Part shown: positions 17,719 to 28,561 of the stretch, piece by piece
Layout: every line of letters begins with the position of its first letter
How positions within the stretch are numbered: position 1 is the stretch's first letter
Origin: a virus
DNA length: 45,376 nt
Reading direction: 5' to 3' (one strand)
IMG/VR virus record: IMGVR_UViG_3300029714_000015
Notes under the pieces: generated by a model
Databases searched by the model: none
What the model was told of the DNA's origin: nothing
What the model saw: the letters and a program-made list of their open reading frames with translations, nothing else
Program-made: the position numbers and the translations under genes

Positions 17719-20239
17719 ATTTTAAAGTCGTTTCCGCCATTCGGCTTGTTAAAGATATAGATATTTTTTTTATTACGCCCAACCCTAAGCCGGTTTTTAC
17801 AAATCCATAAATATTTGGATCATCTTCCCCAGCCGGAAAGGTTATTTCTTGATTTTTATTTTTCGCAACCATTTTCGCTTCTGTCAACTCGTTGTTTATT
17901 CTAAGCCTTTTTGCCGGCATATTATACACCCAATATTTAGGTTGTAAATCAACAAAAGCCAAATATCCATTTTGTAAAAAATATCTCGCATTATTTGCCG
18001 ATAATTCTACAAAGGGTAATTCATACGCACCGTCTACAAATAACCCCGTTACATACGCTTTCATATTACCATTTTGAATACGGAATACTAACTCTTTTAT
18101 ATTGGCGGGTATTGTTATTTTTATTCTTTGTGCCCCGCCGTTCATTTGAAAACCGGTTATATTTACAATTGTATCGTTATTTGTTACGCCCGATATATAT
18201 CCTGTCCCATTTGTGCCCGTAGAGGTAAATTGCAATGTAGCACTTCGACCATAATACCGCGTATCTATACCATAACCCGGGGAAGAACTTACCCAATTCC
18301 CGGAAGCACTCGCCGAAGTACCGCCAAAACCCGGATATTGTTCGCTATCATCTTCTAACAAAGCATTTGCAACGATTGCCGCCATTGCGCAAAAACCGTC
18401 TTCGCTAATGCCCGAGGATTTCAACAACATATAATCGACATCGGTAGTTATGTTTGATATATTTTTTTCTTCTATTTTCCCTTTCTCAACATAATTACTT
18501 ACAATTTCAATTGGTAGCCCCGTAAATGATTCGCTCACCTCATCTGCCCATGCAAATTGGTATTTTTGCGGCATATCTTCTTTATTGAAAGAATATTTGT
18601 TCTTTTGATAATCCCATGTTAGATTATTTCTTGTTACTACTCGTTTGTTCAGATTTATTGCCGGTATATCTTCGGGTGCATCATAAGAGCCGCCATTCTC
18701 GAAGAATGAAATATATTCTATCTTAAATTTATTGTCCTCAATATACCAATAACATTGAAATACATTCTTTAAAAAGTCTGTCAAAGTCCGTAATGTTACC
18801 GTTGCCTTTGTTGCAGGTTGCGTGTATTCTCCGGCGGTTATATTTGTTTTTTGAGTGAGATATAAATAAAACTTATCTCCACTTATAGGATTCTTATCAC
18901 CATATAAGAATTGGCTATATTCTTTACTCGCTTTATGCGTTATATTTGGGGAAATTTCTTTTAACAACACGTTTATACATGATGCAAAAGAGTAAGCGTC
19001 CCGCAAAGTATAATACTTGCGCCCGTCTTTCTCTAACTCATTATCGGCAAGGAAGTATGAGAACCAAATCGACCAATAAGCGTTCCATGTGCTTTGGGCA
19101 ACTGGATAAAATGCCGTACTTCCGGGCAAATAAGGCTTCATGTAATATTTCCCTAAACTGGTTTTACCATATTGCGTTGGATCATCTGAAAACATTGTAG
19201 AAATAGAAATGACTTTTATACTATACGGAAAAACACGTGTATAATTTCGCGTATCGGTAGATACATCTATTTGCTCAATCGGATAGGTTGTACCTCCCCG
19301 ATAATTTTCCACATCTAACAAATAACGCGCCCATATACCACGTATAAAACTTGTAAAATAATAATTACCCTCTCCCATTGTACCGGTATAATCTCGTAAT
19401 TCGGCCACTTGTGGCGGTACAACGACACTCCCAACAGCCGTACCGCTTAATGTTTGTGCCTCTATTGCCAAATATTGTACGCCTGTATCAAGTGTAAAAT
19501 AATACGAAACTATCAACTTATAATCGGGATTATCATTCGCATATAATGTTCCCTCAAAAATAATTCTTATATATCCTCCGTCAGATGATATTCGGGAAGA
19601 CAAACTACCTGCATAAACGCCCGTAACGTTATAATTTGCACCGGGCGCAATCGTTAAAGTTACTTGGGCAATCGCTATTTGAGGGTAAAAATGATAAAGT
19701 GTATATAACCCGTTTGGATCGCCAATAACATTTGCTTCGCTTTCAAAAGAAGCCCCGCCGCCTATAAAATTATTAATTATTTCGTCATACTCTTTGTATA
19801 TCTGCAATATAGGACGTTTAGCGATTGAGATACTATCCATATCCGGCAACAACTCTATAAGATTGTATTCTGCGTCCATTTCATTTATTATATCGTCGTA
19901 ATCATCATAAGACGACATTTTTACCTCTATTGTTTTATCATCTTCACTTATAGTGCAATCCGTTCGCATAAACTTATATTTGTGGTATTCTTCGTAAGTC
20001 ATACCCCAATCATTAGACTTTTCAATATACAACTTATAAATTGTATCAAAAGGAGCGGACATAATTAAGTCGTAATCATCTCTAAAAAAAAACATAGTAC
20101 CGGATAAAGAAACCCGGAAAAATTGTTCTCCCGATTCTTTTTCATAATCAACCGATAAATCATCTTTATAGGACGGATATACTTGAGTTTTTTCTCCGTT
20201 ATCCTCTGTTTGTATATAAAACTTATATATTGGTGTCAT
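17705..20239 (-). CDS. Large tail protein (distal tail/baseplate or central fibre candidate)
   Basis: 844 aa, immediately downstream of the tape measure gene. Confidence 0.4.
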   Translation of the reverse strand: MTPIYKFYIQTEDNGEKTQVYPSYKDDLSVDYEKESGEQFFRVSLSGTMFFFRDDYDLIMSAPFDTIYKLYIEKSNDWGMTYEEYHKYKFMRTDCTISEDDKTIEVKMSSYDDYDDIINEMDAEYNLIELLPDMDSISIAKRPILQIYKEYDEIINNFIGGGASFESEANVIGDPNGLYTLYHFYPQIAIAQVTLTIAPGANYNVTGVYAGSLSSRISSDGGYIRIIFEGTLYANDNPDYKLIVSYYFTLDTGVQYLAIEAQTLSGTAVGSVVVPPQVAELRDYTGTMGEGNYYFTSFIRGIWARYLLDVENYRGGTTYPIEQIDVSTDTRNYTRVFPYSIKVISISTMFSDDPTQYGKTSLGKYYMKPYLPGSTAFYPVAQSTWNAYWSIWFSYFLADNELEKDGRKYYTLRDAYSFASCINVLLKEISPNITHKASKEYSQFLYGDKNPISGDKFYLYLTQKTNITAGEYTQPATKATVTLRTLTDFLKNVFQCYWYIEDNKFKIEYISFFENGGSYDAPEDIPAINLNKRVVTRNNLTWDYQKNKYSFNKEDMPQKYQFAWADEVSESFTGLPIEIVSNYVEKGKIEEKNISNITTDVDYMLLKSSGISEDGFCAMAAIVANALLEDDSEQYPGFGGTSASASGNWVSSSPGYGIDTRYYGRSATLQFTSTGTNGTGYISGVTNNDTIVNITGFQMNGGAQRIKITIPANIKELVFRIQNGNMKAYVTGLFVDGAYELPFVELSANNARYFLQNGYLAFVDLQPKYWVYNMPAKRLRINNELTEAKMVAKNKNQEITFPAGEDDPNIYGFVKTGLGLGVIKKISISLTSRMAETTLKYDTE

Positions 20240-23200
20240 CTTCTTTTTATTATGCGTTTATGATTTCCGTTTATTATAACCGTATTGCCGTTTCCGTCTA
20301 TATATCTCTTTGATTCATTTTGCTTTCGTATGGCTCTTATATCTTTGCCCATTTCGTCCAAATTGGGTGTATTGTCTATTTGAACATTTACACCGTCCAT
20401 ATTATAAGAGTTTAAATACTTATGCGCAAAAGTACCATTATTAAAAGACTTAATCACATCGGGGATATAACGCCTAAATCGGCGGGAATTTCGCTTGTTT
20501 ATAACGGCAAAAAATTCTCCGCCCTCTGCCCGTCGGCGTGTTCCGTCCGGCTTTGTCCCTAAGTCTATATCATTCCCCGATTGATGAGAACCGCCCGACA
20601 ATAATTCTACCGTTCCCTCACCGTATGTTTCTTGCTGTTTTGCTAATTGTGCGGCTTTTATTTTTGAAGCGGCAAATGATGCCCACATTATAGCAATAGC
20701 GGGTATAGCTGCGGGAAACCCCAGTTGCGACCAAATTAACGCGGTAGATGCTACAAGATTACCCATTTCTTGTACTGTTTGTATTGCTTGCTGTTGTTTT
20801 AATGCCTTTTGTTGTTCTTGTAACGCTTTTTGTTGGTTTCTTTTGGCTAATTCTAATTCTTTTTGTGCATTCTGAACATTATTAGCGTAACCTTTATCTC
20901 GTGCAGTAATTTCGGCGTTTAATACTCGTTGGGCATTTTCAACTTCTTCATCTGCTCTTTCAAGATTTTGATTTGCTATTTCTACCCGTTTTTCTGCAAA
21001 AGTGGTTAATTGCTCCATTGCAAAATCAATAGATTCATTTATTGCTTCTTTTTGATCATCATTGAGATTTAAACCGAATAAATCGTATATATCGTTTGGC
21101 TGCTCGGCCTCTTTTATTTTTTGATCTACTGCCCGTATTTGTGTTTCTGTTTCTTTTATTTGTTCAGCTGTGAATGAATTACTATATTGTTTTTGTAAAG
21201 CTAATGTTTTTTCTAATCGTTCTTTTTCCGCTTTTAATTTAAGTACTGTTTTCCTTTTTTCAGTTGTATCGAGCAAATCTATTTCGGCTTCTGCTTGTTG
21301 TTGTTGCTGCAATAAAAAATTTAGCCTATTTTGATCGAAATTAGTTGTTGTATCGGCTGATTGTTTATCGAATCCTGCCGATATTACCCCCACATCTTGC
21401 CGTTCACTTTCCGGTAAAGCTGCATTTTGCCTTAAAGCAATAGCTTTATTTACTTGTATTAATTGTAATTGTAGCTTTTTTTCTTCTTCACTACCTACTT
21501 TAACAGCTGCCAATCTTAATTCAAGACCTCTTTTTTGCGCCTCTAACATTTTTTGCTGTCTTTCTTCCTCTATTTTTAAAAGTGCATTTGTTTGTTGTTT
21601 TTCAAGGGCTTTAATAGTATTATTTATGGCTTCTTTGTCAGCTACTGTTAAATTCTTTTCAGTAGCTAATTGATGCTTTAAATCTTCTATCTGTCTTGTA
21701 TATCTATTTTGTGTTTGTTTTTTGCGTTTCTCCCACTCGTCTTTTTCCAATGCTAATTGCTCATCTTCCATTTTACGACGTATCGATAATGTGCGCTTGT
21801 ATATATTTTCAACGTCCGTATCGCTTGCATCTGTATTGCCTCCATTCGCATTACTACCGTTTGTATTTTTATTATTATTCGTTGTAGATACATCGGCATC
21901 TCCCACAATCACCGGGATAGTTATAGGCTTTAATTTTTTATCAATATCGTTATAGCGTTCTTGGAATATTTCGGCGGTTTCTTGGGCTGTGTCTGTAATG
22001 AAATCCACAACATTATTACCAAATCTATTAAGAGCATCATTTAACCCGCTAAAATCCAAAGTGAACAAAGAAATTAAAGCGTCTCCCATATCTCTTAATG
22101 TCTGAAACGCCAATTTTGCAATATTCATTTGCATATTATATATAGTCTGAAATGCTCCGATAAGAGACATTACGACCGTTCTAACCTCAACACTGCTATT
22201 ATACCATTCTACAACAGCGTTATATATACCAATTATTTTATTTAAAAGACTTGTTAACGTGTCATTTACAAACACTTTTATTTTTGTTGTTAGTGTTTCA
22301 AATCCGCCGCCCGTTTGGTCAAAAATAGCTGCAATAGTATTATCTAATTGTACTTGACTTTGTAGCAATTCTTCTTGAAGTGTACCCAGTTCACCGGTTG
22401 ACTTTTTTACTTCATCTAAATTTAACTCTATATCTTTAAGTGTTCGTAAATATTGCAATCCTGCATCTTCTCCCGGGCCACCGAATATATCCGCAATAGC
22501 TGTACCAACAGCCGATGCCGAAGACGGCAACTCATTTAACCGCATTGATACTTCTTGCATTATGTCAAATGTTGTTTTTGCGCCCGTTTGTAATTCTTCT
22601 TGAACTTTATCGGACGATATGCCAATTCCCTCTAATGCTTCGGCCGTTGCTGTTGTCATTTCTCGCAATCGTATATTGGCTTCTTTTATCGCGTCTACAC
22701 CTTTGTCGGAGAAAATACCCATTTTGTTTGTTTGGGCGACTATCGCAATAAATTGATCGGCTGATATTCCGGCCTCTTTGAAATATGCCGGGTATTCTTT
22801 CAACGAATCTAAAAATTCGCCGTTTGCATCTCCCCCAGCAATAAAACCGTCTTGTATTAACTTTAAAGCATTATCGGCAGATATACCGAATTGTTGCGCG
22901 ACAGCATTTGCGGCAATTAATGTTTCTTTAAAATCAACATTAAAAGTTTCCGATATTGCTTGCACTTGGTTTCTATACGCTTTTAAATCATCTCCTTGCT
23001 TTTGCGTAAATTGTTGCGTTAATCGTGTTGCCTCAACAAGACCGGAATTATAATCGTACCAAAATTTAAACGCTGTACCAGCGGCAGCAATACCGGCGAT
23101 CGCTAAAAACACCGGATTAGACATTAAAGAAAGTAGAGTTTTCCCTAATGCCTTTGCGCCGTCTGCCATTGCTTGAAATATGGCCTTACTTTGCTCGCCG

Positions 23201-23841
23201 CCTTTTCCTAATGATAAAAGGCTTTCCCCAAACGCATTATTTAAACCTAAACTTTCTTTTAATCTATCTCCATAATTGATTATAGCGTCGGAAACTTCGG
23301 AATAATTACCAACATTTAACTGGCTTTTCCCGGTTTCTTGCTGTAATCGGTTCATTTCTTGATATAATTCTTTCGTCTTACTTATTAAGCCCTCTTGTGC
23401 TTCTGCCGCTTCCCTTTCGGCTTTCGTCATGTTGTTAATATAAATCTTATTCAACGAATATTGCGCCGAAAGTCTGTTATAACTGCCCTCTGCTGATTGA
23501 TTTATCTTTACCAGCAACTTATTTATTTGGTTGGCTTCCTGTTTTGCGATATTTAATTCCGATATTCTTTTTGCATTTTCACTTTCCGCAAAGGCCAATT
23601 CTTTTTGCGCCCGGGCTAACCTGTCGGCATCATCGGCGGCTTTCTTTGTTGCCCTACGCCCTTCTTCTGTTGCCCCCGATACTCTTTGCAAAATAGATGC
23701 TAATTGTACAGCTTCATTTTTTATATTTTGCAAAGCATTGGTGTAAGAATCGGAAAGCGTATCTAATTGCTTTATCAAATCCGTAATAGAATTATCCGGA
23801 CTTATCAAATCACTGTATTTTATAGGATTGTTATTTACCAT
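20236..23841 (-). CDS. Tail tape measure protein
   Basis: 1201 aa with long coiled-coil segments and a hydrophobic core segment (AIAGIAAAGTAF), plus a GGPGEDAG-type motif. The position matches that of a tape measure gene. Confidence 0.75.
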   Translation of the reverse strand: MVNNNPIKYSDLISPDNSITDLIKQLDTLSDSYTNALQNIKNEAVQLASILQRVSGATEEGRRATKKAADDADRLARAQKELAFAESENAKRISELNIAKQEANQINKLLVKINQSAEGSYNRLSAQYSLNKIYINNMTKAEREAAEAQEGLISKTKELYQEMNRLQQETGKSQLNVGNYSEVSDAIINYGDRLKESLGLNNAFGESLLSLGKGGEQSKAIFQAMADGAKALGKTLLSLMSNPVFLAIAGIAAAGTAFKFWYDYNSGLVEATRLTQQFTQKQGDDLKAYRNQVQAISETFNVDFKETLIAANAVAQQFGISADNALKLIQDGFIAGGDANGEFLDSLKEYPAYFKEAGISADQFIAIVAQTNKMGIFSDKGVDAIKEANIRLREMTTATAEALEGIGISSDKVQEELQTGAKTTFDIMQEVSMRLNELPSSASAVGTAIADIFGGPGEDAGLQYLRTLKDIELNLDEVKKSTGELGTLQEELLQSQVQLDNTIAAIFDQTGGGFETLTTKIKVFVNDTLTSLLNKIIGIYNAVVEWYNSSVEVRTVVMSLIGAFQTIYNMQMNIAKLAFQTLRDMGDALISLFTLDFSGLNDALNRFGNNVVDFITDTAQETAEIFQERYNDIDKKLKPITIPVIVGDADVSTTNNNKNTNGSNANGGNTDASDTDVENIYKRTLSIRRKMEDEQLALEKDEWEKRKKQTQNRYTRQIEDLKHQLATEKNLTVADKEAINNTIKALEKQQTNALLKIEEERQQKMLEAQKRGLELRLAAVKVGSEEEKKLQLQLIQVNKAIALRQNAALPESERQDVGVISAGFDKQSADTTTNFDQNRLNFLLQQQQQAEAEIDLLDTTEKRKTVLKLKAEKERLEKTLALQKQYSNSFTAEQIKETETQIRAVDQKIKEAEQPNDIYDLFGLNLNDDQKEAINESIDFAMEQLTTFAEKRVEIANQNLERADEEVENAQRVLNAEITARDKGYANNVQNAQKELELAKRNQQKALQEQQKALKQQQAIQTVQEMGNLVASTALIWSQLGFPAAIPAIAIMWASFAASKIKAAQLAKQQETYGEGTVELLSGGSHQSGNDIDLGTKPDGTRRRAEGGEFFAVINKRNSRRFRRYIPDVIKSFNNGTFAHKYLNSYNMDGVNVQIDNTPNLDEMGKDIRAIRKQNESKRYIDGNGNTVIINGNHKRIIKRR

Positions 23842-23935
23842 AACTTTAATTCATTTGTTTTATGCCCGCTATTTCGTTTTTATTCCTTTGAGTATATCCA
23901 ACATCGCAAAAAGAATAAAAGTGCCGCAAATCGGC

Positions 23936-24709
23936 CTATTTTGCCTTTTTCTGCATTCGCATTTTCCGCGCCGTCTCTTTAATATACTCAAATGCGTTAT
24001 AATACTCTAAAACATTAAAATCTTTCGGATTCACGTGTAAATTTTGCGATAACAACAAACACATATTTTCAAACTGCTTATCGTGCTTTATCTCTACACT
24101 GTCCGAACCCATAAAATTTTGCGGATTAAAGTACGTGATCAATGATGCTGTAATATCGTCAATCTCCTTTTCTTCTTTTTCACTTGCTTCTCCGTTTATT
24201 ATGGTTTGTAATATTATTACCGTTCTCCGCTTTAATCGGTCGTAATACTCTTTTAAAGTCGTATCTTCAAAGAGCTTTGGGAAATATAATCGTAGTTCCT
24301 CATCTATTTTTTTTTTGACCGCTTCTAATTGGGCGGTCATTTCTTTATTCGAGACATCGGATAACTCTTGTATTATCTTTTGCAATCCCTCATCTGATAA
24401 GTCATTACAAACTTTCCCGTCTATACTTTTAACCAATGTAGCAAAGGCCAAACAGCGAGGCGAAATATGCGATTGCATAAAATATAAATTTTGCCTCATG
24501 TTTTCTAACTCTGTAACTGCCATTTCTGGTGTTTTCCCGTTTAGAAAACCTATTATTTTTTCGATATGTTTGTCAAAATCCGACAAATCCGACCCAATAC
24601 CCGCATCTATCAATAGCATTTTATTATACTTGTGAAAGCGCAATATTGGTAAATCCTCTATTGCATCGTATATCTCTACTTTCTTCCCGGCTAATTTTAT
24701 TGTTCTCAT
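23936..24709 (-). CDS. Hypothetical protein in the tail-assembly-chaperone position
   Basis: 257 aa, directly upstream of the tape measure gene. Confidence 0.3.
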   Translation of the reverse strand: MRTIKLAGKKVEIYDAIEDLPILRFHKYNKMLLIDAGIGSDLSDFDKHIEKIIGFLNGKTPEMAVTELENMRQNLYFMQSHISPRCLAFATLVKSIDGKVCNDLSDEGLQKIIQELSDVSNKEMTAQLEAVKKKIDEELRLYFPKLFEDTTLKEYYDRLKRRTVIILQTIINGEASEKEEKEIDDITASLITYFNPQNFMGSDSVEIKHDKQFENMCLLLSQNLHVNPKDFNVLEYYNAFEYIKETARKMRMQKKAK

Positions 24710-24972
24710 AGCATTTTACGTGTTAAGGCTGTTGCACAAAATGGGACAATCAAATATATAGGGCACATGAAAATAATAGCCACGATAATAGCTAATATTA
24801 CATTTGTCCACCATGATAAGCAAAAATCACAATTAAACATTTTAGAAAAAAAGTCGTTACCATGCACTTGTATATACTCGATTATACCAACTTTACGAAA
24901 TAAAGATAGCAAAAAAGCCGCCGTAAGAGCGTTTAATATCGTGATATTTAATATTAACAATAGAATAATCAT
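24706..24972 (-). CDS. Small membrane protein
   Basis: 88 aa with two or three hydrophobic helices. Confidence 0.3.
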   Translation of the reverse strand: MIILLLILNITILNALTAAFLLSLFRKVGIIEYIQVHGNDFFSKMFNCDFCLSWWTNVILAIIVAIIFMCPIYLIVPFCATALTRKML

Positions 24973-24984
24973 AGGACTTATATT

Positions 24985-25563
24985 TTAAACTGTACATGTT
25001 TCTGTTATCTCTAAAATACCCTCAAAGCGTAAACCGCCATAAGGGTGCATAAGAAATTGATTATTGATTTCATCTAACGAAAATTCCTTATATATATTCT
25101 CGGCTAACTCATAAATACGATTAAGAGTTATACGACCACTTTTTAGCCAAAATCCGCCATTTAATACATCTAAAATCTGTTTTTTCAAAGCCTCTTTATT
25201 TCTCTCATTTGGGTTGTTATATATAGTTCTATAATCAAACCAAAATATTAACGCAAATGATGTTTTTATTCCGATATACATTTTTGGCGTCCAATCTATT
25301 GTTTGCGGATCTTCTACCCAAAAGAAAGAAAAGTTTCCTATGTTCGCATCGGGACTAACTTCTATATATTCATTCCCGCCGGCATATACATTTGGTGTGT
25401 ATATTTTTTTATTGTTGGCGTTATATTTTACTAAACGCTCGGCACGTCCAAACGCTTTATTTAACCACCCTATATTATCAATTAACCCGCTTTGTATATT
25501 ACCAATAATCCGATCTAACAATTCGGGATTTTGAACAATCGGGGCATTTATATTATTTCCCAT
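24985..25563 (-). CDS. Hypothetical virion protein
   Basis: 192 aa, in the head-tail joining region. Confidence 0.35.
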   Translation of the reverse strand: MGNNINAPIVQNPELLDRIIGNIQSGLIDNIGWLNKAFGRAERLVKYNANNKKIYTPNVYAGGNEYIEVSPDANIGNFSFFWVEDPQTIDWTPKMYIGIKTSFALIFWFDYRTIYNNPNERNKEALKKQILDVLNGGFWLKSGRITLNRIYELAENIYKEFSLDEINNQFLMHPYGGLRFEGILEITETCTV

Positions 25564-26011
25564 ATATATTATTTTTTACTGCTTTATTTAAATCTGGATA
25601 GATATACTGCCAAATCAATACATAAATATTTTCATCTGTTAATCCTAATATTTGACGGCCATACTTCTGTATTAATTCTTCCGTTTTCCAATCGGACGCT
25701 TTTATTTCAAATTGAGTATTACCGACTTCTAAAAAAAACGAAGATTCAAAATCGCCCTCATCTCTTAAAGTAACTCTATTTGTCGGCTGACCTTTTGATT
25801 GCTTTATTTCAATCGTTAAAGGAGAATAAGGCGCATAATCTGCAATATCGACACCCAAATTATTAATACCCTGCTCATATAATTGGATTTCTGCGTTCAT
25901 ATCTACGATATAACTTTCATTATCCAAAATAATTTGCTGTATTAATTTACCGGTCGTCAACAAATTATTAAAATCTATTACTCGCTTTCTTAAATCGGTT
26001 ATAAGTTTCAT
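25553..26011 (-). CDS. Hypothetical virion protein
   Basis: 152 aa. Confidence 0.35.
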   Translation of the reverse strand: MKLITDLRKRVIDFNNLLTTGKLIQQIILDNESYIVDMNAEIQLYEQGINNLGVDIADYAPYSPLTIEIKQSKGQPTNRVTLRDEGDFESSFFLEVGNTQFEIKASDWKTEELIQKYGRQILGLTDENIYVLIWQYIYPDLNKAVKNNIYGK

Positions 26012-27330
26012 ACAGTTCTATACTTCACGCCTTTATTGTTACAACTTAAACAAATCCGGTCTAATCCTTGTGTATCCAATTTTAAAGCCTCATACGCTTT
26101 CTTCAAATCATAGCCCAATCCATTAGGTCTTACCCCTGATGTATTACCGTCCAATTCGTACAAAATATCCATGCGTGTTGCATTAGATTGATTCCTATTT
26201 ACCCTTACATCGGGATTCATTGCCAAAGTGCGCAAAGCTATTGCCGCAACTTGCCGCTGTATTACTGTTTGGAATATTTGCCTTTGTGATATTATAAAAT
26301 CCGTCAAATCACACCCGATTGTTATTTCACAATTAAGCCCGTAATTTTGGGTATTGGTATATGTGGTTAAAGCAATATCCCATAATTCCGGATATTCTGT
26401 AAATGTTTCGGGCGCATTATACATAAACGGCGTTACTTGTAAATATTTTGTCATTTCTCGCCAAACTTCAATAGACCCTATATTACAAGTACCACACGGC
26501 TCTCTACTCCAATCCTTAGATACATTTATTGCTTCCATGCCGGCCGGCAATTCGTCTTGATTATAACAAATAAACCATGATCCACCGGCGTTATTCATAT
26601 CGCTAATATAAGGCAAATAACAATCGGTAAGCGTAAACCATTGAAAGCCACCATTTGTTACCGTAAAATCTAAATCAAACGTTTTTATCGGATCTATTTG
26701 CGAAGAATGGAACAAATATATACGGACTTTCCCCGTTGCTCCGGTCATTTGTAGACCGATTCTCTCAATTTTAGACGTAACGCCCAAAGCCCTAACCGGA
26801 ACAATTTCAAAACCTACTAATTTATGTGAGTTTTGCAAAGTAGCCCGAATACGTCCTGCACCGTCAAAAAACGTTTTACGTTCTAATAAATTACGTGTTT
26901 CCTTGTCGAGCTGTTTTATTTGCGTAAATGTTTGTACAACAGTGGTTATTCCGTTGCGCGTTAACCGCTCTAAATAGTCCGACAATATATTATATTTTTT
27001 CCAAAATGGAGAATCTTCGGTAGGTATCTCATTCGTATTGTCCGATACAGCTTTCCAATATAATTTTTTCCCCTCTATATCGTTGGCGTAATGAACTACT
27101 ATACCCGCCTTATACGCTTCTGTATTATTCCAATCCGGGTATTTATATCCCCAATCGTCCGGCATTATAGATCGTATATTATCTAACGTCAAAAGCGGGT
27201 GCGCCCCTTGAAAGGTTAGCCCGCTTTCTGTTTGTGTCAAACTTTCGTCTATTGCATTTGCCGGGTTGTACGATTGTTCCCAGCCGCAAACATGCAATAA
27301 CGCATCTTGTATTTCCTTAACTCTATACAT
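26008..27330 (-). CDS. Hypothetical structural protein (major tail protein candidate)
   Basis: 440 aa, between the MCP and the tail genes. Confidence 0.35.
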   Translation of the reverse strand: MYRVKEIQDALLHVCGWEQSYNPANAIDESLTQTESGLTFQGAHPLLTLDNIRSIMPDDWGYKYPDWNNTEAYKAGIVVHYANDIEGKKLYWKAVSDNTNEIPTEDSPFWKKYNILSDYLERLTRNGITTVVQTFTQIKQLDKETRNLLERKTFFDGAGRIRATLQNSHKLVGFEIVPVRALGVTSKIERIGLQMTGATGKVRIYLFHSSQIDPIKTFDLDFTVTNGGFQWFTLTDCYLPYISDMNNAGGSWFICYNQDELPAGMEAINVSKDWSREPCGTCNIGSIEVWREMTKYLQVTPFMYNAPETFTEYPELWDIALTTYTNTQNYGLNCEITIGCDLTDFIISQRQIFQTVIQRQVAAIALRTLAMNPDVRVNRNQSNATRMDILYELDGNTSGVRPNGLGYDLKKAYEALKLDTQGLDRICLSCNNKGVKYRTV

Positions 27331-27332
27331 AT

Positions 27333-27375
27333 AGCAAAAAAATAAGGGAGTGAGGGATATTCCCCACTCCCTCGG
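27333..27375 (-). terminator. Intrinsic terminator/attenuator immediately after the major capsid gene
   Basis: AGGGAGTGAGGG (27345-56) pairs with CCCCACTCCCT (27362-72) around an ATATT loop. The plus-strand A-run at 27336-27343 is a U-run after the hairpin on the minus-strand RNA. Confidence 0.5.
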
Positions 27376-27395
27376 TTAATACTCAAAAGAATACT

Positions 27396-28508
27396 TTAAG
27401 CTCCTGCCCCTCCGGAGGGAAATTCGGTCGCGTTCGTAACATAAACCGGCATTCCGAGCGGTTGATTTGCTGCACGGTCAGCGATTTCGGCTTTGATAAC
27501 GGGGTTGGCCACCGTTACGGGGGCGCTATTATAAGCCACCAAGAAAGCGACATCTACACTGAAACCGAAATATTCCTTAACGGCGCAAGTTAGATCGGCC
27601 GTTGCCTCTCCGGCAATTTGCGACTGGTCGCCTACGGCTGTATAATAGTGAGATCCTACGGGCAAGTCAATATAAGGCAAACGCACTACGTCCCATTCAT
27701 GGAAATTTGCACGGGTACGGCGCAAAGCCTCTCTATCCACACGGGTAAGTACTCCTACATTTCCGTCGGCAACAGCAAAGAATGTACCGTTTTTACCTTC
27801 TTCGTTCACGACATTATTAGTATAATGCAATACTTTGTTATCGTATTCCATTCTCTTGTTAACATCGTTATATACCCCATGTTGTGCGAGCTTTCTAATA
27901 AGGCTATCTACACCGGCATTTCCTATAATATGGATATATTCGGGGTAACAGTTGGCGCGCATTATAGGATTAATATCTCCTAAAATTTCCGTAGCCATTT
28001 GGGTAGGTACTTCCACAACATTACCCTTAACCGTATAGTTTAGCTTGTCCTTAAATACTTGCGTTTTACTGGCTTCCAACATGGCAACCGCGCCCTTGTC
28101 CAAAGCGTCAGCTAACGCGCGAGTAGTTTTCTCCATTTTACGGAAAAAGTCATGTTCATAGGATATTTCGTTGTTCATATAAGAGGCGGGAACCATTGTA
28201 AAGCCTATCGCATAGGTAGCCCACACAACCGTATAAAGTGCCGATGTATTTTCGTCATCTGCAATTACACAAGTACGAACGTTAGAAACTTGTACATTTC
28301 CGTCGTAAGTAATTACGGGGATTTGTACGGTATTACCAATCGACGCAAAAGCGCGTTCGCGCAATTTGGGCGATAAAATAGAGCTTGCAGCATTAGTTTG
28401 CTCAATAAAAAAATCTAATGCTCCATACTCGCATGGGCGGGTCATGTTACGGTCAAATTCCGGGTTTTCAATCCGCCAATTTTGAAGTCTTGTTGCTACT
28501 AAACTCAT
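27396..28508 (-). CDS. Major capsid protein candidate
   Basis: 370 aa, GC-richer with codon usage that hints at high expression. It is downstream of the scaffold-like gene and followed by a strong hairpin. Confidence 0.45.
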   Translation of the reverse strand: MSLVATRLQNWRIENPEFDRNMTRPCEYGALDFFIEQTNAASSILSPKLRERAFASIGNTVQIPVITYDGNVQVSNVRTCVIADDENTSALYTVVWATYAIGFTMVPASYMNNEISYEHDFFRKMEKTTRALADALDKGAVAMLEASKTQVFKDKLNYTVKGNVVEVPTQMATEILGDINPIMRANCYPEYIHIIGNAGVDSLIRKLAQHGVYNDVNKRMEYDNKVLHYTNNVVNEEGKNGTFFAVADGNVGVLTRVDREALRRTRANFHEWDVVRLPYIDLPVGSHYYTAVGDQSQIAGEATADLTCAVKEYFGFSVDVAFLVAYNSAPVTVANPVIKAEIADRAANQPLGMPVYVTNATEFPSGGAGA

Positions 28509-28561
28509 AATTGTATTTTTTAATTGTTGTTTAATGCGGGTTTACCCTTTACCCGGTTAAT

